A stretch of DNA of 43,707 nt from an uncultured Lachnospiraceae bacterium (GTDB lineage: Bacteria; Bacillota; Clostridia; Lachnospirales; Lachnospiraceae): NCBI GenBank assembly GCA_900553305.1, contig USDI01000001.1, positions 1 to 43,707 on the forward strand, given 5' to 3'. Under the pieces are notes generated by a model. It was given only the letters and a program-made list of their open reading frames with translations, was not told the DNA's origin and made no database searches. This document shows, in pieces, positions 9,317 to 18,126 of this stretch. Positions within the stretch are counted from its first letter, which is position 1. Every line of letters starts with the position of its first letter. The translations under genes were made by a program, and so were the position numbers.

Positions 9317-10836
9317 GCCTTATGACCTCCGATCTGCTTATTCCTCTCTCTGGTCATGGCTCCCTCTTCGAGATTCATTCCCTTCAGAACGGCATTCTTA
9401 CCGAATTTCTTCTGCAGATCCAAAATCGCATGCTGGATCCGTTTCTCCTTTTGAAGTTCGGTCTGTTCCTGCTCCTTTTCTTTCTTAAGCGCCTCATAAT
9501 CGGTAAAGAGATCCATCTGCTCGAAGACCTCCTTTTCCTTCGCTTCTCCCTCCGGAATGACCCTCGATGCCACAACATAGATTCTGCGCACCAGCAGATC
9601 CTGGTTGATAATCCGGTCATACAGGTCTTCTACCGCTTTCATAATCATTCTGGTCGAAGACGTATACTCCGGCAGATTCGCTGTCCCATGCGCATGTTTG
9701 GGCACCTTTCTTCCATAACGGTCGGTCGTGACCTCTCCATGGAACTTTTTCCTGATGGCGGGATCGGTCAGATTATCAATGTCATAACCGATAGTAAGCA
9801 CCATCTGGTCGGTCACAAGCCCCTTATCCACCAGATCGAGCACCAGAAGATCTGTCATTTCCTTCACGATGAGCTTCGCCTTTTCTGCGGTATAGGCACA
9901 TTGCAGCACCTGCCCGGAGCCCACGCTGTTTTTCTCCGGCTTATATGCTTTAATCTGCGCAATCGTGGTCGGCTCCCACCCCCATGCATGATCAATCAGC
10001 AGCTCTGCATTAATTCCGAATAACCGGTACAGCAGATCTTCCTTATAATATTCATTTGGCTTTCCAACCGAACACCGTGCCACATCGCCCATGGTATACA
10101 GTCCATTTTCATTGAGCTTCCTCTCATATCCCGGTCCCACCCGCCAGAAATCCGTAAGTGGCACATGATTCCATAGCTGCTCCCTGTAAGAGCGCTCATC
10201 AAGCTGTGCAATCCGGACACCGTCCTTATCTGCCGGAATCTTCTTTGCCACAATATCCATTGCGACCTTGCACAGGTACAGGTTTGTCCCGATTCCTGCC
10301 GTTGCAACGATACCTGTTTCCTTCATCACATCCTGAATCATCCGCAGAGCCAGCTCATAAGCACTGATCCCATAAGTGTTGAGGTATGTGGTTGCATCAA
10401 TAAATACCTCATCCACAGAATAAACGTGCATATCCTCCGGTGCCACGTATTTCAGATAAATATCATAAATCTGCGTGCTGTATTTCATATAATATGACAT
10501 TCTGGGAACTGCCGTAATATAAGACACCTCAAGTCCCGGATCTGCCGCAAGCTCTTCGGCATTCGAAGATGCCCCATGAAAGTTCCCGCCGGGCGCATGC
10601 CTTTTCCGTTCCAGGTTTACTTCCCGGATGCGTTGGACCACTTCAAATAACCGCGCCCTTCCCGGGATGCCATAACGTTTAAGCGAGGGCGATACTGCAA
10701 GGCAGATTGTCTTCTCCGTCCTTCCGGGGTCTGCCACCACAAGATTCGTCGTAAGCGGATCAAGTCCCCGCTCCTTACATTCCACGGAGGCATAAAAGGA
10801 TTTCAGATCAATTGCAATATAAATTTTGTCTTCCAT
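9313..10836 (-). CDS. Y-family translesion DNA polymerase (UmuC/ImpB/UvrX-like)
   Basis: YIAIDLKSFYASVEC and YSVDEVFID catalytic motifs, TAGIGTN, EQMDLF clamp-binding motif and C-terminal IGGHKA. Confidence 0.93.
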   Translation of the reverse strand: MEDKIYIAIDLKSFYASVECKERGLDPLTTNLVVADPGRTEKTICLAVSPSLKRYGIPGRARLFEVVQRIREVNLERKRHAPGGNFHGASSNAEELAADPGLEVSYITAVPRMSYYMKYSTQIYDIYLKYVAPEDMHVYSVDEVFIDATTYLNTYGISAYELALRMIQDVMKETGIVATAGIGTNLYLCKVAMDIVAKKIPADKDGVRIAQLDERSYREQLWNHVPLTDFWRVGPGYERKLNENGLYTMGDVARCSVGKPNEYYKEDLLYRLFGINAELLIDHAWGWEPTTIAQIKAYKPEKNSVGSGQVLQCAYTAEKAKLIVKEMTDLLVLDLVDKGLVTDQMVLTIGYDIDNLTDPAIRKKFHGEVTTDRYGRKVPKHAHGTANLPEYTSSTRMIMKAVEDLYDRIINQDLLVRRIYVVASRVIPEGEAKEKEVFEQMDLFTDYEALKKEKEQEQTELQKEKRIQHAILDLQKKFGKNAVLKGMNLEEGAMTRERNKQIGGHKA

Positions 10837-10876
10837 TTAAAACCTCCCTGTTTTTATTTTCTCATCTTCAGCGAGT

Positions 10877-10929
10877 AGTATACCATAATAACAAAGACAG
10901 GAACAAGTGTTCTTTTTCAACATCTGTTC
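10877..10929 (-). promoter_or_regulatory. SOS (LexA/Cheo) boxes and promoter of the polymerase operon
   Basis: GAACAAGTGTTC (10901-10912) is a perfect GAAC-N4-GTTC; CAACATCTGTTC (10918-10929) has one mismatch; extended -10 TGgTATACT with the hexamer at 10882-10877. Confidence 0.82.
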
Positions 10930-10958
10930 CTGCCTCTTCTTTTTTATGAATATTGCAT

Positions 10959-11849
10959 TTATGAATATTGTAATTGAAGTTTGTTTATGAAATCCTCCAG
11001 CACATAACGGGAATCCACATCTAAGTAAACCCGGATCAGCGGGCTGTCCTCTCTGGGTACACTGGAAGTATCCTCCCCTACCCATGGTGCCTTTGTCTCT
11101 GCATAATGTCCACACTCCGGATTCAGCGTTACCGCTACTGATGGAGAATCTCCAAGCGACCAGCTTTCTCCCTGTGTCCATGCAGCCTCATCCGTCATAT
11201 TATAGGAAACCATGTTTTCAAAAAGATGTCTCCCTATCTCCCCATACGGATAAATCCGGTTCTGGATCTCTGCAAGTCCGATATGCATTGTTGTATAAAC
11301 ATAAGATGGAATCAACCAGATCCGGGCGCCACTCTGCAGAACTTCATTTGCTGCCTTCACATCATTTCCTGCATTAAATTCCCGGAAGGGAACTATTCCA
11401 TAACGGGTTCCATGCGTTCCAATCCAGACAACTGTAACCCTTTTTATGATTTCCGGACATTTACGGAACGCAGCTGCCACATTCGTAATTGCGCCCATTG
11501 CAAGAATATAGAGTGGGTGATTTTCTTCTTTCAGTGCCTGCTCAATGATAAATTCTACCGCTTGGGAATTTCCGGAAGCCTGTTCATCCAGTGCTCCTTC
11601 CTCCCCCAGGAAGATCGGAACGTTCATTCCCATTGCCTCTGTAATTGTCCGGATTTCTTCAAAGCTTCTTTGTACGGAATCCGTTTTAGCAAAGTGCTCT
11701 GCCGTGATCCCTTCCACAATCAGTTTCGGACTCAGTAATGCATGCGCAATGGCAAAAGGGTCATCTGCCTCACATGCAGCATCCGTATCCACAATAACAC
11801 GGATTTTCTTTTCATCCCTGACTTCAAATTTGAATGCTTTCTTCATCAT
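10959..11849 (-). CDS. Nucleoside hydrolase (IUNH family)
   Basis: N-terminal aspartate cluster VIVDTDAACEADD, plus GAITNVA, EFNAGND and LGDSP motifs. Confidence 0.88.
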   Translation of the reverse strand: MMKKAFKFEVRDEKKIRVIVDTDAACEADDPFAIAHALLSPKLIVEGITAEHFAKTDSVQRSFEEIRTITEAMGMNVPIFLGEEGALDEQASGNSQAVEFIIEQALKEENHPLYILAMGAITNVAAAFRKCPEIIKRVTVVWIGTHGTRYGIVPFREFNAGNDVKAANEVLQSGARIWLIPSYVYTTMHIGLAEIQNRIYPYGEIGRHLFENMVSYNMTDEAAWTQGESWSLGDSPSVAVTLNPECGHYAETKAPWVGEDTSSVPREDSPLIRVYLDVDSRYVLEDFINKLQLQYS

Positions 11850-12050
11850 TTTCTGTTTCCTCCGTTATTTCATATGCCTTGGAGCATTGCCATACAAGGC
11901 TGCTTTTGTCCCCTGTGTGCTTTAATCTCTTCTCAGTATATACCTCTTCATATTATATCTGCAATCCCTTTTCTACTGCATTGACGATTCCTGTTTCAGC
12001 ATGGATTCATTAAATAACCCGGCGGATCACTTTCTCATACGCATGGCAAC

Positions 12051-12088
12051 AAAAAAGAACACCCATAACTATATAAGTCATAGGTGTC
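12051..12088 (-). terminator. Intrinsic terminator of the metNI-dehydrogenase-metQ-aminotransferase operon
   Basis: Minus strand ACACCTATGACT-tatat-AGTTATGGGTGT forms a 12-bp stem with two G-U pairs, followed by TCTTTTTT. Confidence 0.8.
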
Positions 12089-12152
12089 TATCCGTGTAAC
12101 AAGCCTTATATCTGATTCGATTCATACGAAAGAATCATCTGAAATGATTCAT

Positions 12153-13322
12153 TTATTTTTGATATGGCATCTTCTTCCGGATATCAGCAAGGCGGTTCAG
12201 GGCCTCATAAAGCGTCTCATCCTTCTTTGCAAAGTGCAGGCGGATGAGGTGATTGACCGGTTCCCTGAAAAAGCTCGATCCCGGTACTGCCCCGACACCG
12301 ACAAGTCTTGCCAGATCCTCACAGAATACCTGATCGGATTCATAGCCAAACTCAGAAATGTCAAGCAGAATATAATATGCCCCCTGGGGAACGGTATGTG
12401 CAATTCCAATGTCATTAAGTCCCTTTAAAAACAGATCCCGCTTCGCCGTATACTTCTGCTGCAGCTCCTGATAGTAGCTGTCCGGGAACTGCAGTCCCGT
12501 AACTGCCGCCTCCTGCAGGGGTGCCGCAGCTCCTACCGTAAGGAAATCATGCACCTTTTTGGCTACATCAATGATGTGTGGAGGTGCAATAATATATCCA
12601 AGCCGCCAACCGGTGATGGAATAGGTCTTCGAAAGGGAGCTGCAGGAAATGGTTCTCTCCCACATACCCGGCAGGGATGCAAAGTAAACATGCTTATTGG
12701 GCTCGTACACAATATGCTCATATACCTCATCGGTAATCACATAGGTATCATACTTCTGCGAAAGGTCAGCGATCAGCTTCAATTCCTCATAAGTAAAAAC
12801 CTTACCGCAGGGATTGGATGGATTACACAAAATCAGTGCCTTCGGATTCTGCTGAAAGGCTGCTTCCAGCTCTTCCGGATTAAAATGAAATTCCGGCGGA
12901 TAAAGCGGAACATAAATCGGCTGTGCCCCCGACAGAATCGTATCTGCTCCATAATTTTCGTAAAAAGGTGAAAAGATAATGACCTTATCTCCCGGATCGG
13001 CTACTGTCATCATGGCGGCCATCATCGCTTCCGTACTTCCACAGGTAACAACAATCTCTCCGTTGGGATCAATGGTTCTTCCCATCAGCTTTGACTGCTT
13101 GTCTGCAAGCGCTTCCCGGAAGTTCTGAGCCCCCCAGGTAATGGAATACTGATGGTAATCCTCATGTGAAACTTCTGCAAGCCGGTCAAGGATCTCCTTG
13201 GGCGGCTCAAAGTCTGGAAAGCCCTGGGATAGATTCACCGCCCCATACTGGTTTGAAATTCTGGTCATCCGTCGTATCACGGAATCGGTAAAATGTGCTG
13301 TCCGTCCTGATAAATTCTTCAT
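12153..13322 (-). CDS. PLP-dependent aminotransferase class I/II (YbdL/glutamine transaminase K-like)
   Basis: AVNLSQGFPDF N-terminus, CNPSNPCGKV, DEVYEH and SLSKTYSITGWRLG. Confidence 0.9.
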   Translation of the reverse strand: MKNLSGRTAHFTDSVIRRMTRISNQYGAVNLSQGFPDFEPPKEILDRLAEVSHEDYHQYSITWGAQNFREALADKQSKLMGRTIDPNGEIVVTCGSTEAMMAAMMTVADPGDKVIIFSPFYENYGADTILSGAQPIYVPLYPPEFHFNPEELEAAFQQNPKALILCNPSNPCGKVFTYEELKLIADLSQKYDTYVITDEVYEHIVYEPNKHVYFASLPGMWERTISCSSLSKTYSITGWRLGYIIAPPHIIDVAKKVHDFLTVGAAAPLQEAAVTGLQFPDSYYQELQQKYTAKRDLFLKGLNDIGIAHTVPQGAYYILLDISEFGYESDQVFCEDLARLVGVGAVPGSSFFREPVNHLIRLHFAKKDETLYEALNRLADIRKKMPYQK

Positions 13323-13342
13323 TTTATGTTCTTTCCTTTTTA

Positions 13343-13392
13343 TAATTATTCAGAACCATGCAAAATTGCCTTCTGTTGCCATGCATATGCAT
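13343..13392. repeat. Partial copy of a dispersed palindromic element
   Basis: 13347-13376 TATTCAGAACCATGCAAAATTGCCTTCTGT matches 43607-43636 TATTCAGAGCCATGCAAAATTGCTTTCTGT at 28 of 30 positions. Confidence 0.75.
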
Positions 13393-13397
13393 CCTGT

Positions 13398-14258
13398 CTA
13401 TTTATCTGCTAAAAGATCCTGATCCCAGCCTACCTTGATGAAGTATCCGCCGAAGGTTTCATTGAATACCTTTTCGGTTGCTTCGGACTGGAAAGCCTTT
13501 ACAACCTTTCTATAGGCATCCAGTTTGGTTTGATCCTGAAGATCTGCGGTACGTGCTGCAATGAGGTTCCAGTAAGCTTCTTCATCTAACACACTGTCTT
13601 TGTAAATAGCTTCTTCCGTCTTAAGACCAAAATCAAGCGCATAGTTTCCGTTCACAATCGCTGCCGTCACATCATCCAGCACGGAAGGAATGGTGTTTGC
13701 TTTCAGTTCCTTAATCTCGAAGTTGACTTTGTAGCTTTCGATGTCATCTACCGTCGGGTTAAAGCCTGCATCGCTCTTTAAGGTAATAAGCCCCGCTGCT
13801 GCCAGTACCTTGAGCGCACGTCCGCCGTTGGTTACATCATCGGGAATCGCAATCACATCACCGTCTTTAATCTCGGAAACATCCGATACCTTGTGGGAAT
13901 ACAGGTTCAGCGGAATAATGAAGGTGTATCCGACCGGTTCAATAGCATATCCATACTGCTCCAGTTCTGTATTGAGGTAAATGTGATGCTGGAACGAATT
14001 CAAATCAATTTCTCCGCTGTTTAAGGCATTGTTCGGAGTTACATAATCGGAAAACTGTACGATTTCCAGATTGATTCCTTCTTCCTTTAAGGCATCCTGC
14101 GCCGGCTTCCATAAGTCTTCATAAATACTTCCGACAACGCCGATCTTTACTGTGGTTTCCTCTACACTGCTTTCCGTCTTTGCGGACCCGCATCCGGTAA
14201 AGGCAAGTACTGCGGTTGAAAGGGTTAAAATAGTTGCTAAAATTCTCTTTAATTTCAT
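13398..14258 (-). CDS. metQ: Methionine ABC transporter substrate-binding lipoprotein (MetQ/NlpA)
   Basis: Lipobox FTGC, FSDYVTPNNAL..GEIDLNSFQH and IAIPDDVTNGGRAL. Confidence 0.94.
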   Translation of the reverse strand: MKLKRILATILTLSTAVLAFTGCGSAKTESSVEETTVKIGVVGSIYEDLWKPAQDALKEEGINLEIVQFSDYVTPNNALNSGEIDLNSFQHHIYLNTELEQYGYAIEPVGYTFIIPLNLYSHKVSDVSEIKDGDVIAIPDDVTNGGRALKVLAAAGLITLKSDAGFNPTVDDIESYKVNFEIKELKANTIPSVLDDVTAAIVNGNYALDFGLKTEEAIYKDSVLDEEAYWNLIAARTADLQDQTKLDAYRKVVKAFQSEATEKVFNETFGGYFIKVGWDQDLLADK

Positions 14259-14374
14259 AATGATCTCCTCTGAATAGTTATATTATATGATATCGGGGTC
14301 AAAAGCCCCCGACTTTGATACCTACGGATTGCTTTTTGCGCCTTTTACATCTGGTTTTTCATCTCTTAAATCTC

Positions 14375-15334
14375 TCATAAGGTAAGTGATAATTCATAAT
14401 TTTCTCTCATGGTCTTACAGGATGCAGCGAACTGTTCCTTTTCTTCTTCATTCAAGGAAAGTTCAACAATCCTTGCAATGCCGTTCCGGTTTAATACGGC
14501 AGGAACACTTGCATAGACATCCGTCTGTCCATATTCACCATTTAAAAGGACGGACACCGGTAATACCCGGTTCTCATCTCCGAAAATGGCCCGTGTTACT
14601 TCTGCTATCGTTGCTCCAATTCCGAATTCCGTAGAACCCTTCCCGCCGAGAATGATCCATCCACCGGCTTTTCCCGCATCGGCAATTTCCTTTAAATCCA
14701 AGCTGCCGAAGGTTTCCGGTTCTTCCTTCATCAGTTCAAAAAGCGGCTTTCCTGCGATGCTTACCGTAGACCAGGGAACCATCTGGCTCTCTCCATGCTC
14801 ACCCAATGCATATGCATAAATGGATTTCTGGTCAATTCCGGTCTTGTCTGCAAGCGCCCTGCGAAGTCTCGCAGAATCAAGGGTTGTGCTGGTCGAAAAA
14901 ATCTGATTCGCCGGCCAGTCAAGTACCTGCTGCAAATAATGGGTTACCACATCTGCCGGATTGGAAATATTCACAATAATGCCGGTGTAACCCGACATTC
15001 GGATGTTCTCCGCAATGTCCTTCACGATTTCTATGGTCTGACGCAGGGTATCCATCCGCGTCTGTCCCTTACTCATATCCGGCAGCGGTCCTGCTGCCAC
15101 AATCAGAAGCTGTGCATCCTTGATGTCGCTGTAATCTCCTGCGTAAACCAGTGCTCTCTTTGGCAGATACACCGTGGAATCATACAGGTCAAGAGCCTGT
15201 GCCCCGGCTTTCTTTTCATCAATATCAATATAGACGATTTCCTCTGCAAGTCCCTGGGAAAGCAGTGCATACCCTGCATGGGATCCCACATGTCCCGCTC
15301 CGATAATTGCGATTTTTCTGGTATGTATTTCCAT
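14375..15334 (-). CDS. LDH/MDH-superfamily L-2-hydroxyacid dehydrogenase with non-canonical specificity loop
   Basis: GAGHVG Rossmann motif, ISNPAD, LDSARL and GEHGES catalytic His. The loop AAGPLPDMSKGQTR lacks the AxQKPGETR pattern of true LDH. Confidence 0.88.
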   Translation of the reverse strand: MEIHTRKIAIIGAGHVGSHAGYALLSQGLAEEIVYIDIDEKKAGAQALDLYDSTVYLPKRALVYAGDYSDIKDAQLLIVAAGPLPDMSKGQTRMDTLRQTIEIVKDIAENIRMSGYTGIIVNISNPADVVTHYLQQVLDWPANQIFSTSTTLDSARLRRALADKTGIDQKSIYAYALGEHGESQMVPWSTVSIAGKPLFELMKEEPETFGSLDLKEIADAGKAGGWIILGGKGSTEFGIGATIAEVTRAIFGDENRVLPVSVLLNGEYGQTDVYASVPAVLNRNGIARIVELSLNEEEKEQFAASCKTMRENYELSLTL

Positions 15335-15346
15335 GATTCACGCCTC

Positions 15347-16027
15347 CTAATGTCTGCTCTTTTTGACAACCAGATTGCCAAGAAGTTGAATGATACTGAC
15401 TAAGATAAATACGGTAATAACCGTTACCCAGGTTACATCGGTCATATTCCGGTCATGTCCGTACCGGATTGCGAAATCTCCAAGTCCGCCGGATCCGACG
15501 GCACCTGCCATGGCGGTTAAACCCACCAGACTGATTGCGGTAATCGTGGTTCCTCTTGCGATGGCAGACACGCTCTCCCGTAAGTAAACACGGAAGATAA
15601 TTTCAAGTGGTCCGGATCCCATGGAAAGAGCTGCTTCGATTAATCCATGATCGGTTTCTGCCAGTGCACTTTCCACCTGTCTGGAAAAGAACGGTACGGT
15701 TCCCATGATCAGCGGAACAATCGCGCCCTCCACATTGATTGCGGTTCCCATGATGGCTCTTGAAATCGGGATCACCCAGGTTAATAAAATGATAAAGGGA
15801 ATCGACCGGAAGAAGTTAATCAGTTTATCCAAAATCTGATACAGCACTTTGTTTTCAAGAATTCCACCCGGTTTTGTTACCGTAATGACAATGCCAAGGA
15901 ACAGTCCCAGCACAAAGGCGATGATTCCGGACCAGCCTACCATGATCAGCGTATCACGGATGGCTTCCAGGAAATCCGGCAGCTTATCCATCACATTTGG
16001 TATGATTCTATTGAAGAACTCGGTCAT
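15347..16027 (-). CDS. metI: Methionine ABC transporter permease
   Basis: FRSIPFIIL, EAA loop (GLIEAALSMG) and MAGAVGSGGLGDFAIRYG. Confidence 0.95.
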   Translation of the reverse strand: MTEFFNRIIPNVMDKLPDFLEAIRDTLIMVGWSGIIAFVLGLFLGIVITVTKPGGILENKVLYQILDKLINFFRSIPFIILLTWVIPISRAIMGTAINVEGAIVPLIMGTVPFFSRQVESALAETDHGLIEAALSMGSGPLEIIFRVYLRESVSAIARGTTITAISLVGLTAMAGAVGSGGLGDFAIRYGHDRNMTDVTWVTVITVFILVSIIQLLGNLVVKKSRH

Positions 16028-17054
16028 CCTTAATCACCTCCACTCCTACATTTTTATCTCTCAGATATTGCAATGCTTCGTCTATTTTGCTGCTTTCTCC
16101 GCTTACAATGGCTACGGTTCCTCCAATCGGTGCATTCTGCACGATTTCCACATCAGCAAATACAATATTTAAGATAATTCCAAACTTCTGCGTCACCGTT
16201 GAAATCAGTGGCTCAGATGTATTTTTCTCTACATAAGAAAGCCGGACAATCAGCTCTCCCTGCTTCGTTGCGACAACCGGTGAATCGGCTGCAATCAGTT
16301 CTTCTATCTTCTGAAGATTCGATGTCGTTTTAATAAAGCTTCTGGTTAAAGGCTCCTTCGGGGAAGCAAACACATGGAAGACCTCTCCTTCCTCAACCAC
16401 ATCCCCATGATCCATGACTGCTACCCGGTTACAGATCTCTTTCACCACCGCCATCTCATGGGTAATAACCACGACGGTAATGCCAAGTGTCTGGTTAAGC
16501 TGCTGCAACAGCTTTAAAATGGATTTGGTCGTCTGCGGATCAAGCGCCGAGGTTGCCTCATCACAAAGAAGAATGCTCGGGTCATTGGCAAGTGCTCTTG
16601 CGATCGCCACTCTCTGCTTCTGTCCTCCGGACAACTGGCTTGGAAAAGCATTTTCCTTTTCGGAAATTCCAACAAGCTCAAGCAGGTGATGCACCTTTTC
16701 CTTGATCTCTTCTTTGGAAAGCCCGCTGCCACGCAGGGGATAAGCAACATTTCCGAAGATGGTCCGGGATGGCATCAGATTAAAATGCTGGAAGATCATG
16801 CCGATCTTCTTACGTGCCTTGCGGAGTTCTTTTCCTGACAGTGCCGTAATCTCTGCATCGTCTACGAAAACCTTTCCTTCCGTCGGTCTTTCCAGAAGAT
16901 TGATACATCGGACCAGTGTCGATTTTCCTGCTCCCGAAAATCCGATAATACCAAAGATATCTCCATCGTTGATGGTAAGGCTTACGTTATTCACTGCATG
17001 AACTTCTTTATTGGAATCTGTAAAAGTCTTACTGACGTTCTCTAACCGAATCAT
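16008..17054 (-). CDS. metN: Methionine ABC transporter ATP-binding protein
   Basis: GFSGAGKST, FQHFNL, LSGGQKQRV, LLCDEATSALDP and a C-terminal NIL-type domain. Confidence 0.96.
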   Translation of the reverse strand: MIRLENVSKTFTDSNKEVHAVNNVSLTINDGDIFGIIGFSGAGKSTLVRCINLLERPTEGKVFVDDAEITALSGKELRKARKKIGMIFQHFNLMPSRTIFGNVAYPLRGSGLSKEEIKEKVHHLLELVGISEKENAFPSQLSGGQKQRVAIARALANDPSILLCDEATSALDPQTTKSILKLLQQLNQTLGITVVVITHEMAVVKEICNRVAVMDHGDVVEEGEVFHVFASPKEPLTRSFIKTTSNLQKIEELIAADSPVVATKQGELIVRLSYVEKNTSEPLISTVTQKFGIILNIVFADVEIVQNAPIGGTVAIVSGESSKIDEALQYLRDKNVGVEVIKDDRVLQ

Positions 17055-17085
17055 CTCATTACCTCTCTTTCACGTCACTAAGACT

Positions 17086-17156
17086 ATCATATCTTCTTTC
17101 TCCGCGCTAATACGGGTAAAATATAACGAGTTATAGACGGAATCTATAACTCGTTA
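17086..17156 (-). promoter_or_regulatory. metN promoter with Met box embedded in a 14-bp inverted repeat
   Basis: TATAGACGGAATCTATA (17132-17148) lies inside TAACGAGTTATAGA-cggaa-TCTATAACTCGTTA (17124-17156); candidate -10 TATGAT at 17091-17086. Confidence 0.75.
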
Positions 17157-18070
17157 CCTCCAAGATACTTCCGTATCTCATCAATATACAATTTTCCAAT
17201 GGAACTTAGTATGGTATTCTGCCTCGTAATATAACCGATTTCCATACCGCTGTTCTCTTCGACCGAATCCTCCTCAAAGGGAATCGCCAGATAATCATCG
17301 CCATTCAACTCCTCACAGATGATGCCGGAGCAAAGCGTGTAACCGTTTAATCCGATCATCAGATTGAGCATCGTTGCCCGGTCATTGGCTTTGATCGTCC
17401 GTGTATATTCCTTGGTGCTTAAGATCTCCTCCGCATAATAAAAGGAGCTTGACTCGCCCTGCTCAAAGGACAGACACGGATAATCCTTCAGTTCTTCGAA
17501 CCGGATGGATTTCTTTTTTGCCAGTGGATGTCCCGACCAGAGATACACATAAGCCTTACAGTCAATCAGGTGGTGAAATTCCAGATTGTTGCTCTTAAGA
17601 ATCTTCGTCAGTACCGCCCGGTTAAAATCGTTAAAGTAAAGAATTCCGATCTCGCTGCGCATATTCGTCACATCCAGGATCACATCCTTGGTCATGGTTT
17701 CCCGGATCGCAAATTCGTATTTCAGTGTATCAAACTGCTGCACCAGTTCCACAAATGCTTTGACTGCAAAGGAATAATGCTGTGTGGAAACCCCGAATTT
17801 CTTCTTCCGCTTTCCGCTCTTCCCATATTTATCAAGCAGCGTTTCATACTGCCCATACACCTCTCTTGCATAGAGAAGAAATTCCGATCCGTCCTGCGTC
17901 AGGGAAACACCCCGCCCGCTTCTTACAAAGATGGAAATTCCCAGTTCCTTTTCCAACTCCTGCATGGCACTTGTGAGCGATGGCTGGGAAATATAAAGCG
18001 CTTCGGCGGCCTTGTTTAAGGATCCTGCCTCTGCAATCGTAATGGCATAATGCAACTGTTGAAGGGTCAT
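17144..18070 (-). CDS. LysR family regulator, MtaR/MetR/CmbR-like
   Basis: MTLQQLHY..GSLNKAAEALYISQPSLT HTH; VSTQHYSF and YPCLSFEQG segments resemble Gram-positive sulfur-amino-acid LTTRs; adjacent to met genes. Confidence 0.88.
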   Translation of the reverse strand: MTLQQLHYAITIAEAGSLNKAAEALYISQPSLTSAMQELEKELGISIFVRSGRGVSLTQDGSEFLLYAREVYGQYETLLDKYGKSGKRKKKFGVSTQHYSFAVKAFVELVQQFDTLKYEFAIRETMTKDVILDVTNMRSEIGILYFNDFNRAVLTKILKSNNLEFHHLIDCKAYVYLWSGHPLAKKKSIRFEELKDYPCLSFEQGESSSFYYAEEILSTKEYTRTIKANDRATMLNLMIGLNGYTLCSGIICEELNGDDYLAIPFEEDSVEENSGMEIGYITRQNTILSSIGKLYIDEIRKYLGGNEL

Positions 18071-18126
18071 ATATCTGCTTGCTCCTTAAAGTCTTTCCGA
18101 TTCATTATCCTCTGTTTTTTCTTAAA

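Noticed and set aside
10959..11849. Nucleoside hydrolase as part of the Met salvage operon (MTA/SAH cleavage)
   Set aside because: A clear terminator (12051-12088) and about 300 bp separate it from the operon, and it is IUNH family rather than MtnN/Pfs.
14259..14374. SAM riboswitch or T-box before metQ (also checked before metN and metB)
   Set aside because: No S-box core or T-box consensus was recognisable, and the leaders are short.
14375..15334. Annotation as ordinary fermentative L-lactate dehydrogenase (ldh)
   Set aside because: The specificity loop differs from true LDH and the context is a Met transport operon, so the gene symbol was withheld.
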